Below, in pieces: positions 8,750-18,243 of a stretch of DNA of 64,000 nucleotides. Position 1 is the first letter of the stretch. Each line of letters begins with the position of its first letter. The stretch comes from Candidatus Harrisonbacteria bacterium RIFCSPHIGHO2_02_FULL_42_16 (lineage in GTDB: Bacteria > Patescibacteriota > Minisyncoccia > UBA6257 > 02-FULL-45-10c). The position numbers were made by a program, and so were the translations under genes. The stretch lies in the NCBI GenBank assembly GCA_001818695.1, contig MHJG01000003.1:4890-68889 (forward strand). The letters are read 5' to 3'. Under the pieces are notes generated by a model. It did no database searches and was not told the origin of the DNA. It saw only the letters and a list, made by a program, of their open reading frames with translations.

Positions 8750-9148
8750 TTAGGGGAAACTTCCGCTTTTTATTGATTCAATAAGAGCCATCACTTTTTT
8801 GTATCCCTTTTTGTCATCTTCCCAGAGCGCTTCTATGGTACTCTTTCCTGAAAGCTGGTTGTTTTTAGAGATGAGAAATTTAGGAATATATTTTTCGGTA
8901 ATTAAGCCGGTTTCTGTCACCACCTCCATTACAGTTTTTAACCTGTTTAGAAATTGCTTTGTTTGCGCAAGATTGAGATACCGCACAATTAATTCTTCCG
9001 ATACATCGCCAAATTCGTTCTGAATCATTTCTGCCATCCGTTGCGCAGATAAGCCACGTTTATAATAATATAGTTTAAGCCGTTTATCGGTTTCCGGAGA
9101 AATTTCTATGAATTTTGTTTTCCTTTGCTGGAAAAATAACTTAATCAT
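8750..9148 (-). CDS. hypothetical protein
   Basis: 132-aa ORF with no recognised motif. Confidence 0.45.
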   Translation of the reverse strand: MIKLFFQQRKTKFIEISPETDKRLKLYYYKRGLSAQRMAEMIQNEFGDVSEELIVRYLNLAQTKQFLNRLKTVMEVVTETGLITEKYIPKFLISKNNQLSGKSTIEALWEDDKKGYKKVMALIESIKSGSFP

Positions 9149-9297
9149 TTGCCCCCCCAGTTTTTAAATGTGCTATTGTTATTTATGATAATTTATATAA
9201 TAAATTTATGCAAGTCCTTGGTGATATAAAAATATGACAACTAGATTTGAAGAAATAAAATGTTTATTATATAATCCCTTTATCGGGATTTTTAATT

Positions 9298-9606
9298 ATG
9301 AAGATAGATTCTAAATTAGTTCGCGATAAAATTCCAGAATATATCCGCAGTAAGGGTGGGAAACCGATTATGTATATTGCGGATGAAAAAGAATATCAGG
9401 AAAAGCTTAAAGAAAAATTAAAAGAAGAGGTTGAGGAATTTTTAAAAGCGGAAAATATGGAAGAAATGGCCGATGTTTTTGAGGTGATTACTGCAATTTT
9501 GGAAGATAAGAAATGGAGTATAGAACAAGTTGTGGAAGTTCAAAAAAAGAAGCGGGAAGAGCGCGGCGCATTTAAGGAAAGGATTATATTGGATGGATTC
9601 AATTGA
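9298..9606 (+). CDS. MazG-like house-cleaning nucleoside triphosphate pyrophosphohydrolase
   Basis: [11 protein letters not shown]... and acidic helices EEVEEF / [14 protein letters not shown] match the all-alpha NTP-PPase family. Confidence 0.6.
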   Translation: MKIDSKLVRDKIPEYIRSKGGKPIMYIADEKEYQEKLKEKLKEEVEEFLKAENMEEMADVFEVITAILEDKKWSIEQVVEVQKKKREERGAFKERIILDGFN

Positions 9607-9696
9607 CTTTTTTAGCTTGACTTTTTTAGCTTGACTTTTTTTAACTGTCTGATAGTATGTTGATTAGTACCGTTTTTAACATAAAAGGAGAGATTT

Positions 9697-10065
9697 ATGC
9701 CCGGCATTAATCCTGAAAAAATCAGTGTGCTAGTCGCGTTTGGGGGAGTTTTTCTTCTCGGTGTCATTGGTTTTATTTTTACATGGTTTTCCAATTTTAG
9801 AAAGACGGGTCTTGATATAGATTCTTTAAGCGAGGCCGAGAGAAACATTTATAGTGAAGCGCAAAAAATGTTAGACAATGGCACAAACTCAATTGAGTTT
9901 TTTGAGAAATTTTTTAGAGTGGATGGTATGTTGCGAATGTTGTGGATTTCTGAAAAAAAAGGGGGAAAAATTGTTTCATTACCAATTTATAAGTGGTTGC
10001 AACACCAACTTGCTGTAATGCGCAAGACAGAATTAAAAGAATTTGAGAAAAAAATTCAGAAATAA
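9697..10065 (+). CDS. hypothetical membrane protein
   Basis: One N-terminal transmembrane helix (VLVAFGGVFLLGVIGFIFTWF); no other motif. Confidence 0.45.
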   Translation: MPGINPEKISVLVAFGGVFLLGVIGFIFTWFSNFRKTGLDIDSLSEAERNIYSEAQKMLDNGTNSIEFFEKFFRVDGMLRMLWISEKKGGKIVSLPIYKWLQHQLAVMRKTELKEFEKKIQK

Positions 10066-10088
10066 TTAAGAAGATAGATATTTATAAA

Positions 10089-10111
10089 AAGTCGCGCAAG
10101 CGGCTTTTTTT
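10089..10111. terminator. bidirectional intrinsic terminator
   Basis: agtcgc-gcaa-gcggct hairpin with ttttttt after and A-run before; sits between convergent genes. Confidence 0.5.
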
Positions 10112-10135
10112 GCATTCAGTTAATTACAACATAAT

Positions 10136-10852
10136 TTAATTGCAAGTGCAGACCCCGCTGGAATTTGGCTGGTTGGCACAAGTGCCTAAGTTGCCGTCGG
10201 ATTTGACGCAGGCGACTTTGCCGGTGCCGTCACCGGAAATGCCGCCAATTTTTATTTCACCGCTTAAATTTAAATCCTGCCAGCGGGTGGCGGACTGTCC
10301 GATATCGTAACTATTATCGGAACCAGGCACTAAATCAGAATCAAAGGTGGCGGCGCTGACCCTGGCGACTGCCGAGGAAATAGTTTTAGAAAATGCTTGC
10401 TGGGGGTTTTGAGTGTTGTAACTCATCGTCAAATCCAATTGCACCGAGTCATGGCCGGGAAAATTGGAAAGCCGGGTAAATCTTAAATCATTAACGATAA
10501 CATTATTGGTAGTTAGGGCAGAGGGCTCATTAGTTCCTTCCCGTAAATAAATTTTATTGGAACTTAGGTAAATTAGCGACGGGTCTTTTGCCTGGGCGCT
10601 CATCCTTAAAGTCAGCGAAGATATTGGAGCGCCGGCGGCAATGTCCACTGAACTGGATTCGCGGATAAGCCGCTGGATATTTTGAAGCGCGAAGTTAAGC
10701 TGTTGATTGACTTCCGTCGAAGCGGTCTGCCTGACTTGCACTTTAGTAACGGTAATTAGAATTGTTACGAAAAGAAAACTGATGGCCCCGATTAAAGCCG
10801 AATAAATCAGCACTTCAAATAAAGTAAAACCGCTTTTATTGGAATTAAACAT
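10136..10852 (-). CDS. type IV pilin-like protein (prepilin-type N-terminal cleavage/methylation domain)
   Basis: N-terminus SGFTLFEVLIYSALIG is the class III signal / pilin motif; C-terminal Cys pair. Confidence 0.7.
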   Translation of the reverse strand: MFNSNKSGFTLFEVLIYSALIGAISFLFVTILITVTKVQVRQTASTEVNQQLNFALQNIQRLIRESSSVDIAAGAPISSLTLRMSAQAKDPSLIYLSSNKIYLREGTNEPSALTTNNVIVNDLRFTRLSNFPGHDSVQLDLTMSYNTQNPQQAFSKTISSAVARVSAATFDSDLVPGSDNSYDIGQSATRWQDLNLSGEIKIGGISGDGTGKVACVKSDGNLGTCANQPNSSGVCTCN

Positions 10853-10861
10853 ATATTAAAA

Positions 10862-11464
10862 TTATACACCCGTGGGGTCGGTAAACAAAATTAGGATAGT
10901 TTTTAAAATTATTTTTAAATCCAGCCCCAATGACCGGTTTTTTACATAATAGCTGTCAAATTCTATTTCTTTCAGGAATGGCAAGCTGGAAGCGCCGTTG
11001 ACTTGGGATAAGCCGGTAACGCCGGCTTTGGCCAATATCAAATTTTTATATTCTTCCGGATATAAACTGATTTCTTCCGGTTCATGCGGGCGGGGCCCGA
11101 CCAGCGACAATTCTCCTTTTAAAACATTAATCAGCTGGGGAAATTCGTCAATTCTGAACTTTCTTAATATCTTTCCCGTCCGGGTCAGGCGCGGGTCATT
11201 TTTAATTTTGAAAAACGGGCCGTCCCGGCGTTCGTTTAAATGAGCCAAGTTCTTTTTTAAGAAATGAGCGCCGTCTTTCATGGAGCGGAATTTATATATT
11301 TTGATTATTCTACCTTGGCTGATTCTGTCCAGTTTTATCAAAACCGGCCCCGAGGAATTTAACTTAATAGCGATAGCAATGAACGGCCAAAACGGCGCTA
11401 TGGCGATAAGCCCCGCCGCGCTTATAAAAACATCAGTGAGCTGTTTCAAAATTCGGTAAGCCAT
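10862..11464 (-). CDS. sugar transferase (bacterial sugar-phosphate transferase, WbaP/WcaJ C-terminal family)
   Basis: One TM then KFRSM...DEFPQLINVLKGELSLVGPRP...KAGVTGLSQVNG. Confidence 0.8.
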   Translation of the reverse strand: MAYRILKQLTDVFISAAGLIAIAPFWPFIAIAIKLNSSGPVLIKLDRISQGRIIKIYKFRSMKDGAHFLKKNLAHLNERRDGPFFKIKNDPRLTRTGKILRKFRIDEFPQLINVLKGELSLVGPRPHEPEEISLYPEEYKNLILAKAGVTGLSQVNGASSLPFLKEIEFDSYYVKNRSLGLDLKIILKTILILFTDPTGV

Positions 11465-11481
11465 TATACAATTATATCATT

Positions 11482-12567
11482 ATGAAAGTTGCTTTAGCGC
11501 ACGATTATCTGAATCAATATGGCGGAGCGGAAAGGGTTTTGGAAGTTTTCTGCGAGATTTTTCCGGAAGCCCCGATTTACACGCTTTTTTATGACGAAGA
11601 AAAGACCTTGGGAAAATTTCGTGGCAGAGAAATCAAAACCAGTTTTTTAAATAAAGAAATCGTCATTAAAAATCACCATCTATTTATACCCCTGATGCCG
11701 TTTGCGGCCGCCCAGCTTAATTTGGGTTCAGAATATGACTTAGTTTTATCTTCCAGCGCCGGTTATGGCAAGGGTATAAGCTATGGGAGTAAAACTGCGC
11801 ATATCAGTTATTGCCATACTCCTTTGAGATATGCTTGGGAATTTGATGAGTATTTAGATTGGCATCCAATTTTAAAGCTGGCAACTTCTTCTGTTGCTTG
11901 GTATTTGCGTTACTGGGATTATTCTGCCGGCCAGAAACCCGATGCCTTAATTGCCAATTCCCGCCATATCGCCTCTAAAATTCAAAAGTATTATAATCGC
12001 CAGTCGGAAGTTTTATATCCGCCGGTAGACCTGAAAACTTTTTATCGGGACAAAAAAATCCAAAAAGCCGGTTATTTCCTCGCGGCGGGAAGATTATTAA
12101 AATATAAAAGATTTGATTTAGTCATAGACGCTTTTAATAAAATGAAACTGCCTCTTTTGATTGTCGGCGGCGGTCCGGAAGTCGTTAATTTGCGGCGGAT
12201 GGCAAAATCGTCTAAAATAAATTTTTTGCCGTTTGCCAATGATGAACGTCTGCGGGTTCTTTATAACGGCGCCGGAGCGCTGATTTTTCCTCAAGAGGAA
12301 GATTTCGGATTGGTGGCGGCGGAAGCGCAAGCCTGCGGCACGCCGGTAATCGCTTTTTCGCAAGGCGGCGCGAAAGAAATAGCGGAAGAAGGTAAAACCG
12401 GAATTTTCTTTCATCATCAGAATGCTGAAGACTTGATAGCGGCGGTTAAAAAATTCTTACTGAGCAAATTTGACGAAGATTATATACGCAATTCCGCGAA
12501 ACGGTTTTCCAAAGAAAAATTTAAAAATAAAATTTTAAAAATAGTAAGTAATGCCATTATTGCTTAA
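11482..12567 (+). CDS. glycosyltransferase family 4 (GT-B, group 1)
   Basis: EDFGLVAAEAQACGTPVIA and E-x7-E region. Confidence 0.8.
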   Translation: MKVALAHDYLNQYGGAERVLEVFCEIFPEAPIYTLFYDEEKTLGKFRGREIKTSFLNKEIVIKNHHLFIPLMPFAAAQLNLGSEYDLVLSSSAGYGKGISYGSKTAHISYCHTPLRYAWEFDEYLDWHPILKLATSSVAWYLRYWDYSAGQKPDALIANSRHIASKIQKYYNRQSEVLYPPVDLKTFYRDKKIQKAGYFLAAGRLLKYKRFDLVIDAFNKMKLPLLIVGGGPEVVNLRRMAKSSKINFLPFANDERLRVLYNGAGALIFPQEEDFGLVAAEAQACGTPVIAFSQGGAKEIAEEGKTGIFFHHQNAEDLIAAVKKFLLSKFDEDYIRNSAKRFSKEKFKNKILKIVSNAIIA

Positions 12568-12620
12568 TTGGAAATTATACTGTAACATTAAAGCAGTTTC
12601 TTGAATGGGGGATTTTTGAA

Positions 12621-12848
12621 ATGGCGCGGAAAAAGAAAAACGGCAATTCAAAGAAAAGATTGATAGAAGAGGACAAAATAGACCTTGCTATATTTAGGGC
12701 TCGGAGAAATCAGCGCTCATTTCTTTGGGGAGCGGCATCGGTAAGAAAATTGACCGCTAAAGAAAAGCGGATGATTAAAAGGAGCAAAAAAGCTATTGAA
12801 TCAGGTAAGTTAAGCAAATTAAAATTATCGTCAAAGAACCGGATTTAA
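12621..12848 (+). CDS. small basic hypothetical protein
   Basis: 75 aa, Lys/Arg-rich; GGGGGA about 9 nt upstream of ATG; a terminator follows. Confidence 0.4.
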   Translation: MARKKKNGNSKKRLIEEDKIDLAIFRARRNQRSFLWGAASVRKLTAKEKRMIKRSKKAIESGKLSKLKLSSKNRI

Positions 12849-12867
12849 TTGAGGGGTGGGACTAAAC

Positions 12868-12890
12868 GCCTCGCATAGCGGGGCTTTTTT
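12868..12890 (+). terminator. intrinsic terminator
   Basis: gcctcgc-ata-gcggggc hairpin followed by tttttt. Confidence 0.5.
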
Positions 12891-12922
12891 ATTGGCTGGT
12901 TTTAGGGTAAAATCCATTCATC

Positions 12923-14782
12923 ATGGCTTTAGAAAATATCCGTAATTTTTGCATTATTGCGCACGTAGACCACGGCAAATCAACGTTGGCTGACCGGTTT
13001 TTGGAAATTACCGGAACAGTGGAGAAACGGCGGATGAAAGAGCAGTATTTAGACCAGCTGGAACTGGAAAGAGAACGGGGCATTACAATTAAGATGGCTC
13101 CAGTACGTATGACTTATATCCTAAACGCCACATCTTATACCCTAAACTTAATTGATACGCCTGGCCACACGGATTTTTCTTATGAAGTGTCTCGCGCGCT
13201 GGCGGCAGTGGAAGGCGCTATATTATTAGTGGATGCCACGCAGGGAATTCAGGCGCAAACTTTAGCGGTATTCAACGCGGCAAAAAAATCTGGCTTAACC
13301 GTAATCGGCGCAGTTAATAAGATTGATTTAAAATCGGATTCGCTTGGAGAAGTGATAAAAAGCGTTGCGGAATTGCTCGGCGTTCCGGAAGAAGAAATTT
13401 TTAAGGTATCCGGAAAAACTGGCGAGGGAGTGGAAGATTTGTTAAAAGCGGTTATAGAACAGATGCCTTCTCCGACAGAGGCGAAGAAAATTTTCCAAGC
13501 GTTAATTTTTGATAGTTTTTACCATGAGCATAAAGGTATTGTGGCGGCGGCGCGGGTTTTTAGCGGAAATTTAAATTCCGGCGACGATGCTTATTTAATC
13601 GCAACTAACACCGCATTTAAAGTTAAAGAATTGGGGCATTTTTCTCCCGAATTAAAATCAGACGCAAAATTGGAAAGCGGCCAAATCGGCTATATCGCTA
13701 CCGGATTGAAAAATCCGGATTTACTGAAAATCGGCGACACCATTATTAACGCTGATTTGCGCAGATTTTTTACGCGGATAAACGCAGATAATATCCGCGA
13801 GAATCCGCGTTTTGATCCGCGAGAATCCGCGTCTTTGGCTTTGCCCGGCTACCAGGAGCCTCAACCGGTGGTTTTTGTTTCTTTTTATCCCGACGATAAC
13901 GATGATTACGAAAATTTAAAAAACGATTTGGAAAAATTAAAATTAAACGATTCGGCGCTGAAATTCGAGCCGGACTTCAACGAGTTTTTAGGCAGGGGAT
14001 TTAAAACCGGATTTTTGGGCCGTTTGCATTTTGAAATTACCGCCGAGCGGTTAGAAAAAGAATTTCACATAAAAACCGTTCACAGCTTCCCATCGGTTTC
14101 TTATAAAGTGAAAACGGCTGGCAACAAATGGATTTTTGTTAATAATCCGAAAGATTTTCCCGCTGATTATTCAGAGGCGATGGAACCAGTCGCAAAACTG
14201 GAAATTATCGCTCCGGAACAATATATGGGCGCGGTAATCCAGCTTCAAAGGAATTTCCGCTTAAAAAATATAGAGACCAAGAATTTCGGCAATAAAAGCA
14301 TTTTAATATCCGCTGAATTGCCTTTAGTTGATTTAATAAGCAATTTTGACGACCAATTAAAATCGGTCTCTGCCGGGTACGCTTCTTTAAGCTATGAAAT
14401 TTCCGGATTTCAGAAAACCGAAGCGGCAAAATTGGAAATTTTAGTTGCCGGACAAATCGTCAGCGGGCTGACCAGAATCGTCCATAAAGGTGATTTAGAG
14501 CGCGAAGCGCGGAAGACCGTTGAACGGCTTAAGGATTTGCTTCCCCGCCAGCAATTTTTGCAGGCGATTCAGGCAATGAGCGGGGGACGGATTATTGCCA
14601 GAGAAAACATACCGGCAATGAAAAAACTGCTCGGCAATTTCGGGAAAACCGGCGGCGATCGCACCAGAAAAATGAAATTATGGAAAAAACAAAAACGCGG
14701 CAAGGGCAAACTCAAAGAACTGGCGTCTAAAACTAAGATTCACATTCCGGCTAATGTATTTAAAGAATTACTAAATAAATAA
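12923..14782 (+). CDS. lepA: elongation factor 4 (LepA)
   Basis: NFCIIAHVDHGKSTLADR, DTPGH, NKIDL G-domain motifs and a LepA-specific C-terminal domain. Contains an in-frame short tandem duplication (13786-13835) and a basic C-terminal extension. Confidence 0.95.
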   Translation: MALENIRNFCIIAHVDHGKSTLADRFLEITGTVEKRRMKEQYLDQLELERERGITIKMAPVRMTYILNATSYTLNLIDTPGHTDFSYEVSRALAAVEGAILLVDATQGIQAQTLAVFNAAKKSGLTVIGAVNKIDLKSDSLGEVIKSVAELLGVPEEEIFKVSGKTGEGVEDLLKAVIEQMPSPTEAKKIFQALIFDSFYHEHKGIVAAARVFSGNLNSGDDAYLIATNTAFKVKELGHFSPELKSDAKLESGQIGYIATGLKNPDLLKIGDTIINADLRRFFTRINADNIRENPRFDPRESASLALPGYQEPQPVVFVSFYPDDNDDYENLKNDLEKLKLNDSALKFEPDFNEFLGRGFKTGFLGRLHFEITAERLEKEFHIKTVHSFPSVSYKVKTAGNKWIFVNNPKDFPADYSEAMEPVAKLEIIAPEQYMGAVIQLQRNFRLKNIETKNFGNKSILISAELPLVDLISNFDDQLKSVSAGYASLSYEISGFQKTEAAKLEILVAGQIVSGLTRIVHKGDLEREARKTVERLKDLLPRQQFLQAIQAMSGGRIIARENIPAMKKLLGNFGKTGGDRTRKMKLWKKQKRGKGKLKELASKTKIHIPANVFKELLNK

Positions 14783-14797
14783 TGTTATTATTACGGG

Positions 14798-15091
14798 ATG
14801 AAACGGGTACTAACCATAATTTTGTTTCTTATTTTAGCGACACTTTCGGCGCAGTTTTACAAATTGTATATCATAAACCGAAAATTAAGCGGCGAACTGT
14901 TTTCCGCGAAAGAAAAGGTTTCCGGCTTTTTGGAAGAAAATAAAAAATTGCAGGCCGATTTGGAATATTTTGCCGTTCCGGAAAATCTGGAAAAAGAGCT
15001 TCGAGGGCAGTTTAATTACAAAAAACCGGGCGAAAAATTAATTATAGCGGTGCCGCCTAAAAGCACGACTACCGTTACTACAGAATTATGA
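14798..15091 (+). CDS. septum formation initiator (FtsB/DivIC/FtsL-like)
   Basis: 97 aa; N-terminal TM then coiled coil; overlaps the next ORF in an ATGA overlap. Confidence 0.5.
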   Translation: MKRVLTIILFLILATLSAQFYKLYIINRKLSGELFSAKEKVSGFLEENKKLQADLEYFAVPENLEKELRGQFNYKKPGEKLIIAVPPKSTTTVTTEL

Positions 15092-15666
15092 CTTATAAAC
15101 AATCTATCGCTTTATTTACTGCTTTTATCATGGGGGGGCTAGGAATACTTGGTTTGACCAGGCAGGGTTTTTATCCGGTTGCGATTGTCGGCTTTGACGT
15201 AATTACCGCGCGTTCTTTAGAAAAAGATTTTTCGTCCGCCTATATTTATTATCAAAAGGCAGCGGCAACTTACGGCGCTAATCCGGAATTGATTGCCCAG
15301 CCGGAATCCCGGCTGGAAATTAAAAGAGCGGCGCTGGATAATCTTATTTTGAATGCAATGATATATCAAGAAATAAACTTCCGATTGAAAGGGGATTTAG
15401 GAAAGATTGCCGAGCAAAAACTGGCTCAGTTTGAGAATAACGTCAATCTCAAAGAATCAGCAAAAACGCTTTACGGGCTGGAATTTTCCGATTTTAAAAA
15501 ACAGGTCTTACTGCCGCAGTCCTATAAGGAAATTTTGGAAGGGAGATTGTTTTTGGAAAATAAAAATCTTAATGATTGGCTGGCGAAAAAACGGGAATCG
15601 AAAAGAGTGCTTATTTTGTCGCCGGAATTTGAGTGGCAAAACGGCTTGTTAACGGTTAAAAAATAG
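15088..15666 (+). CDS. hypothetical membrane-anchored protein
   Basis: 192 aa, N-terminal TM; translationally coupled to the upstream ORF. Confidence 0.45.
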   Translation: MTYKQSIALFTAFIMGGLGILGLTRQGFYPVAIVGFDVITARSLEKDFSSAYIYYQKAAATYGANPELIAQPESRLEIKRAALDNLILNAMIYQEINFRLKGDLGKIAEQKLAQFENNVNLKESAKTLYGLEFSDFKKQVLLPQSYKEILEGRLFLENKNLNDWLAKKRESKRVLILSPEFEWQNGLLTVKK

Positions 15667-15820
15667 TGTTTTATAAGTGAATCTGCGGGCGTAGTATAGC
15701 CCCGACGCATATATTATAAATATAGATATTGAAGTCGGGGAGCCGACTTCGCCAGAGGCGAACGTCGGCTTGGTAGTGCGGCAGCTTCCCAAGCCGAGCA
15801 GTGAAAATGCGAGTGAGTAT

Positions 15821-15894
15821 GCAGATGTCGTATAGTGGCAGTACATAACCTTCCCAAGGTTAGAGCGTGGGTTCGATTCCCATCATCTGCTCCA
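15821..15894 (+). tRNA. tRNA-Gly (anticodon CCC)
   Basis: Acceptor gcagatg/catctgc, T-arm gtgggttcgattcccat, anticodon stem taacc/ggtta with loop ttCCCaa, encoded CCA. Confidence 0.8.
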
Positions 15895-15968
15895 GAAGTT
15901 GTATTTTTAATGTATTTTTGATACGCTAATTTTAGAATGCTTGATAACTTAGAATTTAGGAGGCAGCT

Positions 15969-16964
15969 ATGCTTGGATTTTGGGAAACGAAACTACGGAA
16001 TAAAAGTATATTTTTATACGGCTTTTCGCCGTTTTTGGAAGAAGCCGGAACCTTGCTTTTGGCCGCAAAACATCTTTGGCATCCGTGGTCAGTTAAGCGC
16101 GCAGAGGAGATGGTAAAAATTTCTTACACATTAAAAGACCGCGCTAAAATGTTAAGAGAAAATGGCTTAGCGTGGGCAAGTAATGCATCAGAGTTCGGAG
16201 AAGACCCGGCTTATCTTTTGTCCACGTCTGTTTATCAGCGATATCACAGTAATGATACAAAAATAATGCCTTGTCCTGAAGCCGCGCCGTATATGGCGTC
16301 AGCGGCGACTAAGATTCTTTTTAATATTCTTCCGACGTTTAAAAAACTTGAAGAACTATCGTATGAAGAAAAAGGTTGGGTTAGGTGGCTTTCCGAAATA
16401 ATTGAGACCCTGATGGAATCTCCTTACACCAATTCCGTGCTTGAAATTTCGGATAATATGACGAGAGCCATAGGCGCTCACGCAATTTTAATTGAGTGTG
16501 AGGGCTTAGCATATACGCAGGCGACCATAGAAAACAGTTTTAATCTGAAGAATAAAAGCCCAAAACGAAAAAAGAAATCACGTCTTTCCGATGCCGAATT
16601 AAGAAAGTTAGCTTTCGAAATCGGTATGTCGTTTGAGGCAGTAAAAGAAGTATTTGAAACCAAATCCTCTTCTTGGTGGAATCAAGCGACAAAGTATAAA
16701 AATCAGGCCCAAGCGCAACGAGAATTATTTTTATCCTCTGTCTCCGCGAAAGATCAGATTAAGGAAGGAATTAGAGTTGCGTGGAATCCGGGTATGGTTA
16801 CACAAAACAGCCATCCTGAATGTTGGAGTGAAAAAACACTCACTAAATCAGAGAACATCATAAAAACTTTTATTTCTATGTTTCTCTTTTTTGTTGAAAA
16901 TGAAAAATCAGAAAATCTCGGCAATACTTTACAGATTGCCGTAAAAAATGTTGGATTAATTTAA
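15969..16964 (+). CDS. hypothetical protein (331 aa, no recognised domain)
   Basis: Strong AGGAGG RBS; no motif I recognise. Confidence 0.5.
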   Translation: MLGFWETKLRNKSIFLYGFSPFLEEAGTLLLAAKHLWHPWSVKRAEEMVKISYTLKDRAKMLRENGLAWASNASEFGEDPAYLLSTSVYQRYHSNDTKIMPCPEAAPYMASAATKILFNILPTFKKLEELSYEEKGWVRWLSEIIETLMESPYTNSVLEISDNMTRAIGAHAILIECEGLAYTQATIENSFNLKNKSPKRKKKSRLSDAELRKLAFEIGMSFEAVKEVFETKSSSWWNQATKYKNQAQAQRELFLSSVSAKDQIKEGIRVAWNPGMVTQNSHPECWSEKTLTKSENIIKTFISMFLFFVENEKSENLGNTLQIAVKNVGLI

Positions 16965-17006
16965 ATTATCAAAAACTCAGTAATTTCACTGAGTTTTTTA
17001 ATTTTA

Positions 17007-17432
17007 TTATTCAACCGTTACTGCGCCGAAATAACTCGGATTTAAGTGGTCATGATATTTCCATTCTCCCGGAATATCAAATTTGAAAGACCATGATTCC
17101 CCGGGCAAAACGCCTTTGCAGGCGTCAAAGGTGCTTCCGAGGCATCCGCCGATGGTCGGATAAACTTTGTGGGTGGGATGCATGGCGGAGGCGGGCCAAA
17201 CCGAACGACTGCTGTTATTTTTAAAAGTAACCATCATTCCTTTTTTAACCGTTAAGGTCTTGGACGCGAATCCGCTGTCGGTATAAGTAATTGTTTGCGT
17301 GGATGCCGTTAAATCTTCGTCGGCCGATTCATTTGGCGACGTTGTCGGCGCCTGTAATTGTTGGTTATTCCAAAACCAGTAGGCCGCGACAACGGCTAAC
17401 GCCGCGCCTGACCAAATTATTTTTTTAATCAT
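17007..17432 (-). CDS. secreted hypothetical protein (possible cupredoxin-like fold)
   Basis: Signal/anchor WSGAALAVVAAYWFW; His-rich C-terminal segment MHPTHKVYP...KYHDHLNP. Confidence 0.4.
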   Translation of the reverse strand: MIKKIIWSGAALAVVAAYWFWNNQQLQAPTTSPNESADEDLTASTQTITYTDSGFASKTLTVKKGMMVTFKNNSSRSVWPASAMHPTHKVYPTIGGCLGSTFDACKGVLPGESWSFKFDIPGEWKYHDHLNPSYFGAVTVE

Positions 17433-17440
17433 AAACTTAT

Positions 17441-17818
17441 TTAATTTATTTTTTTTACGACCTTTAGTGGAGAGGATTCTGTTATAAGAGCGATAGCGCC
17501 GGCTAACAGGCCGATGTCCCTAACTGTTATATCGGTTATGCCGCTGGTAATCAAGACGGTGATAATATGGGCCACGGCGGCAAGCGCCACCAGCCAGGTC
17601 CATAAATTTGTTAAAAGCAATACTCCAATAATAGCATCCAGCGCCGCAGTTCCCAGCATTGCTTGCTCAACTGGAATTGGCAGTAATTTTGCCGCCCAGG
17701 GCTGAAGATAGCCGCCCCACGCTTCCGGCTCCATAAAAATCATTATTCCTATCCAAAGGAAAGTTATTCCTAATCCGATTCGCAGGATATGGAAAGATAA
17801 TTTATCCGTTTTTATCAT
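17441..17818 (-). CDS. DoxX-family membrane protein
   Basis: 125 aa, 3-4 TM helices in DoxX-like arrangement. Confidence 0.55.
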   Translation of the reverse strand: MIKTDKLSFHILRIGLGITFLWIGIMIFMEPEAWGGYLQPWAAKLLPIPVEQAMLGTAALDAIIGVLLLTNLWTWLVALAAVAHIITVLITSGITDITVRDIGLLAGAIALITESSPLKVVKKIN

Positions 17819-17887
17819 ATAAATATAATAGCAAAATTATGCTGTTGATTGAATTAAACGTCGCTTAAAACTAAATTTATTTTTGTT

Positions 17888-17927
17888 TCCTCATATCCCT
17901 TATTCGTGAGAATAAGGGATATGAGGA
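17888..17927. repeat. perfect 15-bp-stem hairpin/palindrome upstream of the ArsR gene (candidate operator)
   Basis: tcctcatatccctta-ttcgtgagaa-taagggatatgagga. Confidence 0.6.
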
Positions 17928-17976
17928 ATTTGAATATTGCAATAGTTTGTGATATTCTGATTAAATTATAAAAACG

Positions 17977-18243
17977 ATGGAAAAAATTTTGAAAGCGGTA
18001 GCGAATAAAAGAAGATTATTAATCTTAAAATTATTGATGAAAAACAGAGAAATGAATGTAGCGGAAATTTCTGAAAATATCCAATTATCTTTTAAGTCCA
18101 CTTCCAGGCATTTATCTCAGCTGTCGGGATTGGATATTGTTAATAAAGATCAAAAAGGTCTTTTTGTATATTACAGTATATCTAAAAAACATCTGCCGTT
18201 AGTCAAATTTGTTTTTTCTTATACCCCTTATTCTCACGAATAA
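17977..18243 (+). CDS. ArsR/SmtB-family transcriptional regulator
   Basis: 88 aa; KRRLLILKLL...NVAEISENIQLSFKSTSRHLSQL is a winged HTH of the ArsR family; C-terminus ...YSHE. Confidence 0.7.
   Translation: MEKILKAVANKRRLLILKLLMKNREMNVAEISENIQLSFKSTSRHLSQLSGLDIVNKDQKGLFVYYSISKKHLPLVKFVFSYTPYSHE

Noticed and set aside
15667-15820. Possible second tRNA or tmRNA upstream of tRNA-Gly (shares cttcccaag with the anticodon arm)
   Set aside because: It has no T-arm (GTTCGA-type) or acceptor-stem pairing. It is kept only as a hairpin-rich leader region.
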